A DNA stretch of 64,000 nucleotides from the human T2T-CHM13v2.0 reference genome, Homo sapiens. Shown in pieces: positions 14,449 through 33,683 of this stretch; position 1 is the first letter of the stretch, and each line of letters opens with the position of its first letter. The notes below the pieces were generated by a model. It did not search any database, was not told the origin of the DNA, and saw only the letters and a program-made list of their open reading frames with translations. The position numbers and the translations under genes are program-made. The stretch lies in NCBI RefSeq assembly GCF_009914755.1, contig NC_060932.1. One strand, written 5' to 3'.

Positions 14449-17279
14449 ATATTACTGCCCAAAGAGGAACACACATTTCCCCCTCCTTCCACACTGGCCC
14501 TCCCCAACCCTTGCTTTCTCCTGTATTCCCTATCTCAGCTTGGGAGACCACCTCCGCCACCACTATCCAAGATGAATCACAGTCAGGGTGAACCACTGGG
14601 CATAGTGTATTTCAATGTCAAGAAGATGGAAGAAGGCTGGCTTTGCAATGCAGTCCAAGGTCTGTGACATTACATATCACATAGCACAATACGACAAAGA
14701 TGTGTACAAGGTTATTAGCTGGGGTTTTGGTTTTAATTTATGACCACAAAAAGTACTAAACTACAAATTAACAGATGCACAGGATTTAGATGTTAAAACT
14801 GACACAAAAATTCCCCAAAGTTTGTGGAACAGTCAGTTGAGTATCATCTTGCCCCACCTTGTGGTCATTTGGGAGCATACAACCTAGATAACTCCCGTGC
14901 TAAATACAACAGATAATGTCTTACATTATCCTTGCTCACAGGATAATGTAATAGCATTGCTATAATGTTGCCTTTGGTGTGTTGAGCAAATCTCCCAAGC
15001 TAGCAGTTCACTGAATTTGATCTGGTCAGTTGGTACAGAGCCCCAGAAACCCAGCCACTTAATCCAGTAATGAATCATTCTTTTTAACTGCGTTTTCTTC
15101 TCACTCCCTGAAATGGACCAACACATATGCCGGGTTCTTCCTTGCCCCTCCGCTTTCATACCTGCTGCTCCATTACTTCCAACTTTTCCACTAAAACTAC
15201 TGCCTGTGAGTTCTTTACTGGTAGGAACTAAAAGCACTTCTTGCCCAGAAAAAAAGGTCATCGTAATGGTGGCTCACCAAGTTCTACGAGTCATCTATCT
15301 ACATATGAAAATTGCCTTGTAATATAGAACTATTTTCTGTGCTATCCATTATAATAGACGATTTCATTGGCCACAAATTGACCATCTTGTTGTTTAATGT
15401 TTGGGCTACTTGTACATTGTTTCTTCAACCATAAAATGGGGATGGTACCAACAGTGGGTTCCTCTCAGAATTGTCATAGAGACTGAGTATGGTCTTACAC
15501 CAGTGTTAGGTGCACAGTAAGTCATCAGCACACTTTAGCTGATATTATGTGTAAACTAAGTGCTCAAATATGCATTCTGTTTTTTAGCTACATTTGCATA
15601 AACTGTGACAAGTCAGGGTCAGTAGAGTGGGTGATTATGAAAATGAGTTTATGTAGATTTTTGCTACATTCAAAAAGCAAATAGCAGATTTGAGGTTGTT
15701 CACATCTTTCCTTACCTTCCGGATCTCACTTATGTAAGAATACACATTGTGCAGGTATCTTTAGGCTAGTGGATCAAAGAAGAGGGAGACAAAAGGTTCA
15801 CAAAAACAATACATATACAACTTCATAGTGGCCTGTACAACAGTCATATGATATCTACAAGTTAAAACTGCTCACCAAGTACCTATAGCAAATTATAGAA
15901 CTTCTGTGCTTGGATCATTTTATGAAATAAAGATGTCATCTCTTCAATTTAGCATAAAATATTTTCCCCACACCACTACCTTTCAAAAAAGGCATAAAAT
16001 TGCCTCCAGAGAAAAACGTGTTGTGGCTGCCACTCTGTGGTTTTGTTTTATATTGTAGCCCTCAGATATTAAATAAACGTTTTATATAGCCACAACCAAT
16101 TTCTAAAATATACTGGCAATTTCTAGGTATGGCTTTCTTCCTAGTATTATTAAAAATTCACCAGTTGCAAAGAGGACTATGAATTAATTTATTGGTATCA
16201 GTTATTGACTAAGTGGGGCCTGAAATCAGGTAAAAACTCACAGAGATCAAAATCACAGCTAAGTCACAGAAGAGCTAAATTGCACCACTGATGCATACAT
16301 ATACATGCTCATGACAACTTTAAAAAATTAAAATAGTATCTTATGCTTAAATTTATAGTTGTGTTAAATAACTTATGAGCTACCCATAAAATAGACCACA
16401 TACTCCCATTAACAAGAAAAAAAAATAAGGAGTTGTATTTTTTCAATGTACATAATTATATTCTATAGTCTATCCCTTTGAAAGGTAACACAGAGTAGGG
16501 GTTAAGCATAAGGCGCCAAAAACCCTGAACCTGGGATCCAATATCCCACTTCTATTATGTGTTAGCTATGTAATCTCAGGCATGCAACGTAACACCACTG
16601 TATGCTGCTTTCCTCATCCACAAAACATGGATGAGCTCAAAGGAACAAACTTCAGAAGCTGTTGTGAAGACTGATTATAGCTTTTAGAGCAGTCCTTGGC
16701 ACTCAGGAAGGGTATCCAATTAATGTTAACACTTACTCTGTATAACCAAAATTATAGTGGTATGAGCCAAATTGGCTTTATTGCTAGAAATCAGCCCTTC
16801 CCCTTCAAACTGTTCCATTTCTCACCTGTGATCAGACACTGATTCCCCCATTTCTTTCAATCTGCCTCCTTCTCCCAAAACACTGATGTCATGGCTGCTG
16901 GTGACCCCTGAAGGGCAATTTTCTGCTGGAGTTGGAAGCCCTCAAATGACTGACTTCAGGATGTCAAAATTGCTCCTGAGTAGGGTTTCCCATATTTCTT
17001 CTGTTTTATTCTTTTTAAATATGTTTTGTTGTCGCAGTTATTCTATTCCTGCTGAATTATATATTGGACAGATGGGGAGCAGATTAATTTTTTCTTAGTT
17101 TATGAAGTGCCGTCTCCAGCCCTGAAATAGACTTGCACATAAGGACATGACCCAAAGGTCCTAAACTCTGGGCTTGGTGTCCTTGCACAATGGAATTCCC
17201 CAGTTGTAACCCTCAAAAAGGGGTGAATATATTTCTTGCATAGGAGAGTGAATTCAATATTTTGTTACTGAAGAGCAGA

Positions 17280-17680
17280 TTTGGGGAGTCACTAGTGCTG
17301 TTCTTCAAATATTTTATTTTCCTTTCTTGTACATGCTCCCTTGAAGTTAGGTGTGGCCACATGACTTATATCTAATGTGAACAAAAGTGATGTGTCACTT
17401 CAGAGTGGAAGTTTTAGTTTCAGTAAATAATTCACCACTTTCTCCATCCCCTGCCTTGCTGATGGTGGAATTATGTCAAGGTTGTGCCTCCATCAGCCTG
17501 GGTTCCAGAGTATGTAAAACTCCTTCAACAATGTGCAGAGCCCCCATTTAGGCCAAGGTGGACAAACAGTTTGAGCAAAAAAAAAAAAACCAAAAAAACA
17601 AAAACAAACAACCAAACAAAAAACCCTTTTGTGGTAATGCACTGAAATTTGGGGATTGTTTCCTCAGTTCACCTAGCCTA
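17280..17680. mobile_element. Old MLT1 MaLR LTR
   Basis: ccttgaagttaggtgtggccacatgact...gtgtcacttc...cactgaaatttggggattgtt..cacctagccta. Confidence 0.6.
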
Positions 17681-19782
17681 TGCCATTACAGAAAATGATT
17701 AGCCTCACTGCAGTCCCTGGGAGATTCCCTGAACTCCCTGTTCTTGCTCCCAATAAAAAGCCTTTTCCCTTAGTCTCCTGATTCACACCAGAGACCCAGG
17801 CTATAGTTTCAGGCTGATATTGCAAGACAATATTTAGAAAAGAACAGCTCAAAGGCTCTGCAGTCAACCTACCTGGATAATTTGAGGTTCCACCACTTAC
17901 TCATTAGCCAAGTGACTGAGCGACGTATTTAATATGTGTAAAATGGTGGTAACAGTGTTTACCTGTTCCAGTTACTATGCCTGTGTAAGAAACTACAAAA
18001 CTTAATGTTGTCAAACAAGCTTTTGTTTGTGAATGAAGAACTTTGACAGAGCACACAGCAGGGATGGCTCATCTCTCCTTCCCATGCGTGGGCTCCCAGT
18101 AGAAGACTCAAAATTGGCAGCTGGAGTCATCTGGAGGCTCACTCCTGACAGCTGGCACCTGACACAGCTGGCAGTTGTTAGTGGCTATTGTTGACTGTCG
18201 ACTGAGCCCTTTGCTAGGGCAGTCAGCCCAAACTCACATACAGCCTCTCCATGTAGTCTGGGCATTTTTATAATGTACATCAAAAGAGAGAAAGCAGAAG
18301 CCAGATCACCTTTTGTGACCCAATTTCAGAAGTCACATAGCATCACTTCCACTGTATTCTACTAGAAGGCAATTGCAAAATTCTGACCAGGCTCAAGGAG
18401 AGAGGAAATAGGCTGCTTCTTCATAGGGGTAGCCAGGCTCTGGAAAAGTTCATGGCACCAGGAACACTGCTATGGCTACTTTTAGAAAAGAAAATCTGCC
18501 ACACTTCCTAAGATTGGAATGAGCTAAGACAATAAAAGTTCTTAGAAAAGCTGCTAAGTACTTGCTTGGTATTGTTTTTTCCACTGCACAGTCTAGAACC
18601 ACATGTAACTGCCTCCCTGCGCAGCTTCCACTCTGCTTCCTCATAGCCAGACTTTCCCTTCCTAGGGACCTACTCCAAGGATCCTTTATCACTGATTCTA
18701 GACCAAACTAAGGCAATTCCAAGACAGGAGGCATTCAGGAGCATGCTCTGACTCTGTGGCCTCAAGATGGTCATATCACAGTCTAATTCAAGCTAATTTC
18801 CCACAAAGTATAATCATTTGGAGGCTGGGCTATGATAGGCTTAGGATTCACTCCTTTTTATATTTTCCTTGTAAAGGACTTAAGATTTCTGGCCTTATGT
18901 TAACCAAAATAATCTACTCACACATATACAATTGTCCCTTTATAGGAAGAGATCTTCAAGAAAATGTTAAAATTTTAAAAGTACATTTTGGTGGATTTTA
19001 CTTTTCATTTTTTTTTTTAAATAGAAGTGTATCATTTTGTCAAACTATATGGTACCTTTTAGCAGATTTTAAGAGAAAGTGAAATGAACCTCCAAAGGGC
19101 AGGTCATTCACAATAGTTCTCACATCAGACTGAAATGGCAGAATGACATCACCTAATAATCTTTTAATTTTGCTTAAAAGGACTGGACTATTGGTTGTTA
19201 GAGATGCTGTGTAGATTAGTGTCTCCTTGGCACTAAATTACCAATATCCAGGAAAACAGCCTTGGCCAGTAAGTGAGCTATTAAGTCATGTATACAACAA
19301 CCCAAGGGCCACCATTTCTTTGAAACTTCTACAATTTAAATTGCAAAAGAAGAGAAAAAGCTATCTTTATTCTTTGTGCCAAAAACCTGTGTAAATCTTG
19401 TGTGCGGCTTGAAATCCAGGAAGTTGCTGCCATTATACTTGACCTGTAGTTTGCTGCTATGAAATAGCCTTAACTAAGTATCTTTACTATGAAACTTCTG
19501 GGTGGTAACTAAATATGCCAGATCTCAGTCACTAAAGTTAAAAATGTAGAGCCAAACCCCACTCCCTGGAAAACTGGCAGTTTGGGGTTCATGTTATACC
19601 TTAATCTTGTCGTATACACTGTGTAATCATTATCAACCAAATTTCCCAAGTATTTTCGATGTCATTTACCATGGCTGTCTGAGGCTCTACCAGGAATAAA
19701 TGTGCCTAGAATCAAATCATTCTAGGTTTAGGAAATTTAAGCAACTGCAAACACAAGATAATCATTAAAAGTCATCTACTAG

Positions 19783-20090
19783 GGCTGGGTGCAGTGGGTA
19801 ACATCTGTAATCCCAGCACTTTGGGAAGACAAGGTGGGTGGATCACTTGGGGCCAGGAGTTTGAGACCAGCCTGACCAACATGGCAAAACACCATCTCTA
19901 CTTAATATACAAAAATTGGCCAGGCACAGTGGCACCTGCCTGTAATCCCAACTATTTGCTAGTCTGCGGTACAAGAATTGCTTGAACCCAGAAGGTGGAG
20001 GTTACAGTGAGCAAAGATAGTGCCACTGCACGCCAGCCTGGGTAACAGAGCAAGTCTATCTAAAACAAAACAAACAAACAAGCAAACCAA
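19783..20090 (+). mobile_element. Alu (S/J) element
   Basis: Dimeric Alu with (CAAA)n tail. Confidence 0.88.
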
Positions 20091-20369
20091 AATCATCTAA
20101 TACTAATGACATTTCCTCAGTTTCTTAGAGATATTCTTAAATTGTAAAGGCCTACAGCTAGCAAAAAATACATTCTTCTTCCAATTTTATTTATCTGTAC
20201 ACCAGCAGTTCCCTTTTCAAAAGTTTTTAAGAGCTAAGTTCACCCTAAACAACAAATTACCATTCAAATGAAAATCTTCTACCTGTTCTTTGAATGTGTT
20301 ACTACGCTCTCTTTCAAGTAGGTTTAGACTTTTACCAGAAATGCTTAGTTAGCTTGGTTGTCCCTCTAC

Positions 20370-20590
20370 AACAGAGATCAAGAAACTATGGCCCATGGAT
20401 CGTATGTGGCCCACCATCTGCTTCTATAAGTAACTTTTAATAGAACATGGCCATGCTCATTTGTTTACACATTGTCTATGTAACTGCTTTTGCACTATAA
20501 GGGCAGAGCTGAACAGTTCCAAAAGAGGTCCACAAAGCCTAAAATGTTTACTATCTGGCTCTTTATTAAAAGAAAAGCCTGACCCCTGCT
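20370..20590. mobile_element. MER58-like hAT remnant
   Basis: aaactatggcccatgg...ttttgcactata..ggcagagctgaa...tttactatctggc...gacccctg. Confidence 0.65.
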
Positions 20591-20992
20591 CTAGGACAAG
20601 TCTCCAGAAGTGACTTTGGCTCAACATAAAAGAAAAAAATGAACTATTATCTTGCTAAATAGAGCTGTCATGAACTCCTATACAAGACTCAAGTCTCAAG
20701 TCTGCCTAGGCAGCTGTTAGGAATGCAGGCAGAACAAAAATAGTGTAGTCCTTTGATGACTTCCCTAAGATGAGGCAAGGACTGGAAGGAAGCCATGTGG
20801 GCACACGACGCAAATGTCATCTAAAGCAGCTCTGCCAGGAGAGTGCTGTGAGTTCTTGTAGACATCAGAGCATTTTCCCTTCTCCTAGATTACCCTCTGC
20901 TTCACTGTGATACAGCAAAAAATTTCTAGTTACCTCTTATGAGGAGACTGTATGAACATAAATGACTATAGCAATGTTTTAGATTTAGGACT

Positions 20993-20998
20993 TTTATT
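20993..20998 (-). terminator. PolyA signal AATAAA of the ASNS-derived 3'UTR
   Basis: Reverse complement aaataaaagtcctaaatc, about 110 nt past the stop codon. Confidence 0.75.
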
Positions 20999-21108
20999 TT
21001 TTTCACATTCAAGTTAGCCTGAGTTGACTTTCATTGTTCCCCTATCTACCCATAGTCCCCATACAATAAGAAGAAATATTTGCTTTCATATTACAGCATA
21101 AAGAGCAC

Positions 21109-21315
21109 CTAAGCTTTGGCAGCTGACTTGTAGTGGGTCAGTGTGTGGGCAGAAGGGTCAGTGGCATCGATCCACTTGGGCACCCAGTAATGGCTCAGCC
21201 AGTCAGCCTGGCCTGGGAAATGGTGTTCAAGGATTTGATGGTAGTAGTATCCTTTGGTTTTAGGAGTATTGAAGGGAAATTTCTGGGCTGCATTTGCCAT
21301 CATTGCATCATCAAC
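21109..21315 (-). pseudogene. ASNS-like exon 13 coding part
   Basis: [25 protein letters not shown]...[27 protein letters not shown]; AG acceptor at 21316-17. Confidence 0.95.
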
Positions 21316-21833
21316 CTGTAAGAATAAAAATATAAGAGCAGAACAGTTTCTTTAAAATGGCATGGAAATACTTGTATTTACTCTAGTTTCACAGAACAGA
21401 AAACGTAAAGATAAGATATGACTGTAAATTGTATGAGACCCTTTGAATCACCCATCACTTAGAAAATGTTAAAGTATTCATAATATGCATAGCTGCAGTG
21501 ACTTTTAAGAAACATTCATATGCATATTTTTAATTCTTGGTGGCTCTGTTTCAGTAATTTGTGCCTAACAAGATCTGGCACCCAGAAGGTGCCCAAAAAT
21601 GTGTTAAATGAAGGTCAGTGATGATTAGTAGTAAGTCTCCTCTCTCTTTCAATTCCAGATGGTACTTTATAATCCTTCATGCTACTTAATTCTTATATAA
21701 TTCTTATAAAAGAGATAATTGTTTCCAGAGACTATGAATCTCTCTTAAAGGGACAAAGCATTCAAACTAAATACAAAATGAACAGCAATGACAGCTCTGC
21801 ATCCAAAGTGTCCTATTCCTGAAAATGTTTTTA

Positions 21834-22001
<168 letters not shown>

Positions 22002-22064
22002 CTAACATGAAAAAAAGGAGCATCAGTAAAAGTTACAAATATAATCTGATGGCAGTGGACAGTT

Positions 22065-23386
<1,322 letters not shown>

Positions 23387-23388
23387 TC

Positions 23389-23406
23389 TGGCACCCAGCA
23401 TGGTTT
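23389..23406 (+). promoter_or_regulatory. Degenerate primer-binding site (tRNA-Lys-like)
   Basis: tggcacccagcatgg, 2 nt after the LTR, versus the Lys PBS TGGCGCCCAACGTGG; candidate major splice donor G|GTGAGT at 23511-17. Confidence 0.75.
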
Positions 23407-23543
23407 CTCTTTTTCCTAAGTGCATGTGGGAACCTGATTCCCTTTGGTAGGTGCAGAGAAACATTCATCGGTTTGGTCCACAGAAACGCGTGTTCGACTC
23501 CCTGACAATTGGTGAGTAGTCTGTGAATTTATCCGGGTTAACT

Positions 23544-26075
<2,532 letters not shown>

Positions 26076-26879
26076 GGGGCAGGGCGGTCGATCTCTGTAG
26101 TACTATTCCTCTAAATTTACTACCTAATTCTTTGCCTTTAATTGTCCCCACAGGGGTCACTGGCCTTCTACCTCAAGGTTTGGTGAGCCTGGTGTTAGGT
26201 AGGGCATCCAACTCTGCTAAAGGAATCACCATTCATACTGGTCTCATTAATTCTAATTCCTTTGACAACATTAAACTTATCATGTCTGCCAAGGTTCCTG
26301 TTTCCATTCTGGCCAGTGAGTCAATTGCTCAATTGCTTTTACTATCTAATATCATTTTAAACAAAGGAGATGAGACACGTGGCCCTGGGATGGGCTCCGG
26401 TGGTGAAAAAGCTGCTTATTGGATTAATGTAATTTCTAAACAATGGCCCACCTGCATCATACACATGCAAGGAAAAATGTTTGAGGGCCTAGTAGATACT
26501 AGGGCTGATGTTTCTATTATTTCCTCTAATTTATGGCCTTCTTCCTGGCTTAAACATCCCACTAACATAGGACTAGTAGGTGTTGGAAAAACTGATGAAG
26601 TTTACCAGAGCACATTTATCTTGGCTTGCACTGGCCCAGGTGGTCAAAAGGGTACAATTCAGCCTTGTATCACACCAATCCCCATTAATCTTTGGGGTAG
26701 AGATTTGCTAGCACATTGGGGGCTGAAATTAATATTCCACATAACTCCTATACTGCTCCCAGTCAACATATGATGGAAAACATGGGGTTTGTCCCCAGAC
26801 TCAGTCTTGGCCCAAAACATGAAGGGATTACTGAACCCCTCCCAGTTACTGTAAAAGAAGACAGGGCTGGTTTAGGTTA

Positions 26880-28500
26880 TCCTTTTTAATGGTGGCCACT
26901 GTCATGCCTCCTGATCCTATCCCTTTACAATGGAAATCTGACATATCTGTTTGGATTGAGCAGCCATTGCTCTCTAAAGAAAAACTGGAGGCTTTGACTC
27001 AATTGGTTTCTAAACAGTTACAACTTGGAAATGTGGAACCTTCTCTTTCCCCCTGAAATTCTCCTGTGTTTCTAGTAAAAAAGAAATCAGGCAAGTGGTG
27101 GATGGTAACCGATTTAAGGGCCATTAACGCTGTAATTAAACCTACGGGAGCCGTCCAATCCAGCATGCCTGCCCCTGCTTTAATACCTAAAAATTGGCCT
27201 TTCATAGTTATTGATCTTAAAGATTTTTTTTCATATTGCTTTATATAAATCAGATTGTGAAAAATTTGCTTTTACTGTACCATCTATCAATAATCAGGAG
27301 CCTGCAGCTCACTATCAATGGAAAGTGCTTCCTCAGGGAATGCTAAATAGCCCTACAATCTGCCAGCTTTATGTTGGACAAGTGCTTTCACCAGTTCGAG
27401 CTCAATTTCCCCATGCCTATATTCTTCATTATATTGATGATATTTTCATTGCTGCCCCCACTGATAAAGAATTAATTGACTGTTATCAAATTTTGAGCCA
27501 CTGTGTCACAGAGGCTGGATTATACATTGCTCAGGATAAAATACAACAGACTGCTCCTGTTCAATATTTAGGAATGGTGGTCGATAAACAATATACTCAA
27601 CCACAAAAAGTTCAGATTAGGAGAGATTCTTTAAAAACTTTAAATGACTTCCAAAAACTTTTGGGTGACATTAATTACTTACGATCTACTTTCAGCATTC
27701 CAACCTATGCGCTAACTTGTTTTCTATGCTGTGGGGAGATTCCAATCTCCACAGTCCCAGGACTTTGACCCCTGAGGTTTCACTAGAACTGTAATTTGTG
27801 GAAGAAAGAATCCAGACTGCCCAGTTATCTAGAGTACAGCCATCTCAGCCTTTTCAGCTTTTGGTTTTTGCTTCATTGCACTCCCCTACTGGGCTAATAG
27901 TTCAACATAATGATTTAATGGAGTGATGTTTTCTTCCTCATTCTGTGTCAAAAACTTTGTCTGTTTATCTGGACCAAATTGACATCCTAATTGGACAAGC
28001 TTGGTGTAGAATACTTAAAATTTCTGGATTTGATCCGAATTTAATTGTAGTTCCTTTAAATTGGCTCAAAATTCAAGCCACTTTTCAACGTTACATACTG
28101 TGGCAAATTCACTTGGCTGATTTTATCAGCATTATGGACAATCATTATCCAAAAAACAAACTGTTTGATTTTATAAAAATGACTTCTTGGGTGGTCCCTT
28201 GATTGAGCAAAGATCAGCCCATTCCTGAGGCCGTTACAGTGTTCACTGATGGCTACAGTAACGGAAATGCTGGTTATGTGGGTCCTACAGACAAGTTCAT
28301 TTCTACCCCTTATACTTCTACTCAAAAGGCAGAGTTAATTTCTGTAATTACTGCCTTACAGGATTTCCCCAAACCTTTAAATATTGTCTCCGATTCTGCT
28401 TAACGTGGGAAAGAGGATATGCTTGTGTTTCACCAGGAGATCATCAATCCCCTGTCCGGGTGCCCACTACAAGACTTAAACTTCGTGTAAATACTGACAA
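26880..28500 (+). pseudogene. pol: pol remnant: RT, partial RNase H, internally deleted integrase
   Basis: [54 protein letters not shown], then directly TWERGYACVSPG (integrase C-terminus). Confidence 0.9.
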
Positions 28501-30590
28501 TGAAAACCACAGGGAAAAGATGTCCATGTCAGAGACTGCCCTCAGACATGGTGAGAACTGTGCCAACTCCCCAGAAGCTGGCACACCAAATCAAAATGGG
28601 TCTGGTTCAATCCTCCCTAATGGCAATGAAGACCCCTGTAACTAATCCCACTTCTCCTAATTACCTTTCTTTTTCCCCTTACAAACCTAAAAATCTCACC
28701 ATTTCTATTAGCCTGAAAATAACATCCCTCTGTTCTTCTCTTCCTCCTTCAGCACTGGATCTCTCTTACAATAGGTTTTATTTAATGATTCTCCTCCTTA
28801 CACCTTCTGTCTCACCAGTTTCCTCTCACACTGACTTACCTGCTACACAAAATTATTCTTACTGGGCTTATGTGCCTTTTCCTCCACTTATTCGAACTCT
28901 CACCTGGATGGATGCTCCTGCAGAAATCTATACTAATGATAGTGTGTGGATGCCTGGAGCTACAGAAGACCATTGCCCCGCTCAACCAGGAGAAGAAGGC
29001 ACTGCATTTAATGTTACTATGAGTTATAAATACCCCCCTCTGTGCCTCGGATATGCACCTGGTTGTATCTATCTAGAAATTCAAGTCTGGGCTGCTTATC
29101 TTCCAGAAAATTCAGCTACAGAGGAACCAGGACATTTGGTCTCTGGCCTCTCCCTTTCTCCTTTAAGACAAATGAAAGGGGAAGTAATGGGAGATACCCC
29201 ATACTTTCAATATAAACCTGCAGGAAAACCATGCCCTAAAAATTTTGAGGGCCCATCTAAAACTTTAATTTGGGATGACTGTGTTAACTCACATGCAGTA
29301 ATATTAAAAAATGACTCATATGGTTTAGTAACAGACTGGGCACCAAAGGGCTATTTAAAAACAATTGCTCCTCTGGCAGAAGGGAATGCCTGAGGCTACT
29401 TATTTTATTTCTTATACGGAGAACGAGAATCATCCTTCTACTTTGCACAAGAGGTTCAGCTCATTCTTTCTCTTAAAATGGAAAGATAAAGGCATTACCC
29501 CCTGAGGCCTCATATGATATTCCCCATTCTGAGCCCAGAAAACCCAGAACTTTGGAAATTGGCTATTGCCATGTCTGGACTGTGAGTATAGGAAGGTGAA
29601 ACTTTTCTGTCTGCTGTCCCCACCACCATGACCCTCGCTCAGTATCAACATAGATTCAGACATTCTGCTTTGCTTCCCTCCAATCTGACTATTCCCATAC
29701 AGAGTTGTGTTAAGCCACCTTACATGCTGTTAGTGGGAAATATCAAAATTTGGACGAACAATCAATCCAATAAATTAATTGTCATTTATACACTTGTATT
29801 AACTCCCGTTTTGACTCCAGGAAAAGTGTAATGTTGGTTCGAGCTCAAGAAGGAATCTGGATTCCAGTAACTTTGCCCAGGCCTTGGGAATCCTCCTCCT
29901 CAATACATTTGATTAATGAAGTGTTACAGTGAATTCTAAAAAGATCTAAGAGATTTGTTTTCACTTTAATGGCTGTGATCATGGGCCTAATTACAGTCAC
30001 TGCAATGGCCATCACTGCTGGAATGGTGTTACATCAATCTATTCAAATGGCTCATTTTGTTAATGATTGGCAAGCCAATTCCACCCAAATGAGGAATTCT
30101 CAACAAGGCATTGATCAAAAATTGGCTAATCACATTAACGTTTTAAGACAGTCTGTTATTTGGCTTGGAGATCGGGTAGTGAGTCTCAAACATCGCATGC
30201 AAATGCAGCGCGATTGGAACACTTCTGATTTCTGTATCATACCATATTCCTACAATGAGACTGATAATTCACGGGAAATGGTCAAAGGACACCTTCTGGG
30301 TAGGGAAGATAATTTATAATTATACTAAATTAGAGAATCAAATTTTTGAAGCCTGTCAAGCTCATTTATCCATTGTGCCTGGAGCTGAGGCGTTAGATCA
30401 GGTGGCAGAAAATCTTTCTGGATTAAACCCCATGACTTGGATTAAGTCTACTGGGGGCTCCACTGTAGTAAATTTTGGAATTATGTTTATCTGTTTAATT
30501 GGTTTGTATTTAGTATGCTGGACCAGTCAAAGAATCCTGCATCAAAATTGAGAGAATTAACAAGCCTTCATTGCCATGGCACATTTATAT
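28500..30590 (+). pseudogene. env: env remnant (signal peptide, SU, TM)
   Basis: NYSYWAYVPFPPLIR, YKYPPLCLG, furin site KRSKR|FV at ~29938-29958, [31 protein letters not shown]; multiple stops and frameshifts. Confidence 0.9.
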
Positions 30591-30607
30591 AAAAAGAAAG
30601 GGAGAGA
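30591..30607 (+). promoter_or_regulatory. Polypurine tract
   Basis: aaaaagaaagggagaga immediately before the 3' LTR. Confidence 0.85.
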
Positions 30608-31834
<1,227 letters not shown>

Positions 31835-31862
31835 ACAGTTTTATCTTGAGTTGATTTACTAC

Positions 31863-31944
31863 CTTTGGAATTCTCATTTCTGTTGACAGATACAAGTAAT
31901 AGGAAGAAAACTGATGATCTAGAAATGGGACTCTCAGTTCAAGG
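31863..31944 (-). pseudogene. ASNS-like exon 11
   Basis: 82 bp, [27 protein letters not shown]; AG/GT intact. Confidence 0.93.
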
Positions 31945-33129
31945 CTTAAAGGAGAAAATAAGAAAATCTAAATTAAAATGGGTGTTTAGTGCCCAACAGT
32001 TTAGGTTCTGATTCAGTTTCCCATCAATTCAACCAGATCCTAAGAAATGTTAAGGTCATAAAGTCACAAGCCTCCTAATGACTGCCCTACACTAATGAAT
32101 GAATACAAAAAAATCTTCATTTAAAATAATATATATATCATGTCATCTAGGAAGTAAAACTAACTGAGACTATTACTTTTACTTTCCTTTCTAGGAATAG
32201 TTAAATGAATATTTCAAAAAGCAGAAAAAGTTACAAATCATGAGTGACCTAATCATTAAGTAAATACCTTGACTGGACCTTTCTAACTCAGTGTTTTCTA
32301 GGTGAGACCATCTCTTCTAACAATTGTGATGACGACACAGTATTTTTTTTACCACTGGTTAATAATTCACATCCAATATGCAATATAAACCAGCATTCTG
32401 CTATATTTCATCAAATGCCATATAACCAGTTTCCTGAAGCCTAGTGACTCTAGTTAAGACAAGCATAAGATAATAACCGAATTCAGTTCATTCCCCAAAC
32501 CCATATTTAATTATATCCAAATCTAAGTGTGATTCAGCAGAGAGAAATAAAACATTTAATGTTAGCTGTTTATCCTATACAGTAAAAGTCTTCAGTTCCT
32601 CAACATAACTTTAGACAACCAGAAATGATACCAAAGAAACCCAGTTCTTTATAATGAAATCAAACCCCTTGCAGGTTCACAACCCTATCCCCTCAGGGTC
32701 ACTACAGCACCAAACAGGCATGGTGGGCACTCAATACTTGTCACATAATGTTTACAATCTTTACCTCTCTTTAAAACACTTAACAATGCTGTAACAACTT
32801 TCCCTCTTCCCTCTTGGTTGTTCAGATGTGAGTAGAATGTTGTTACCCTTTAAGGTGAAAATTCCACCTCAAACAACCTGTGGAAGAAGACGTCTCTACA
32901 TGTACCACAACAACACTTTGAAATGTGGCCTAATTCTTTTGGGACTAAGTTAAGAAACAGCTTCATTTTTTCTATAAAAGTCTCACTTGGTAACATATGG
33001 CCAACTCTATGTAACATATAGCCAATTAGCTATTTTTTTTTTATTTTTTTCAGGGCATTGGGCTTTATTTTTTTTTTGGTGTTTTTTGTTTGTTTGTTTT
33101 TGTTTTTGTTTTACAATAGCTTCTGTTAC

Positions 33130-33227
33130 CTGTGGGCAGCAGTAGTTTGATCTGCATGGAGAACATCAAACAAATAGAGTTCCCTCAGAAGCCTCTCACT
33201 CTCCTCCTTGGCTTTTTCAGAAGGAGC
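33130..33227 (-). pseudogene. ASNS-like exon 10
   Basis: [32 protein letters not shown]; 3-bp deletion; acceptor mutated to GG. Confidence 0.9.
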
Positions 33228-33519
33228 CCATTTCACAAACAAAAGCACCATGAGTTTTGCTTTTGGCCCATAAAGCAGTTTTTATTTCTCCCTCTCTAAT
33301 CCTAAAGGTGGATAAGACAAAAAGCAAAACAAATTTACGGAAGGGAGTAATAACTGAACAGAGGAAGGCAATGCTTTACAAAACATACCTTCCTCCCCAC
33401 CAAACTGCTAGTATTAGAATAAAATGAACACACTGGACAATGGTCATAATTCCACAGGGGGCTAAGAAACAGCAGAAAGGTGATTCTTAAGCTTAACTAG
33501 TTTTATTTATTTATTTTTA

Positions 33520-33683
33520 ACTTTTTTTTCTTTTTGTAGAGACGGAGTCTGCTCTATCAACCAGGCAGCAGTGCAGTGGTGCAATCACAGCTCACTGCAG
33601 CCTCGACCTCCTGAGTTCAGGTGATCCTCCCACCTCAGCCTCCTGAGTAGCTGTGAGTATAAGCATGGGCCACCATACCCGGC
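33520..33683 (-). mobile_element. Alu right-arm/FRAM-like fragment
   Basis: gagacggagtct...gcagtggtgcaatcacagctcactgcagcctcgacctcct. Confidence 0.75.

Noticed and set aside
14851-16040. Two CTCF-like motifs (14851-64, 16026-40)
   Set aside because: Each has mismatches at core positions; cannot be supported without ChIP data.
32990-33025. Short tandem duplication taacatat.gccaa
   Set aside because: Ordinary intronic slippage with no evident function.
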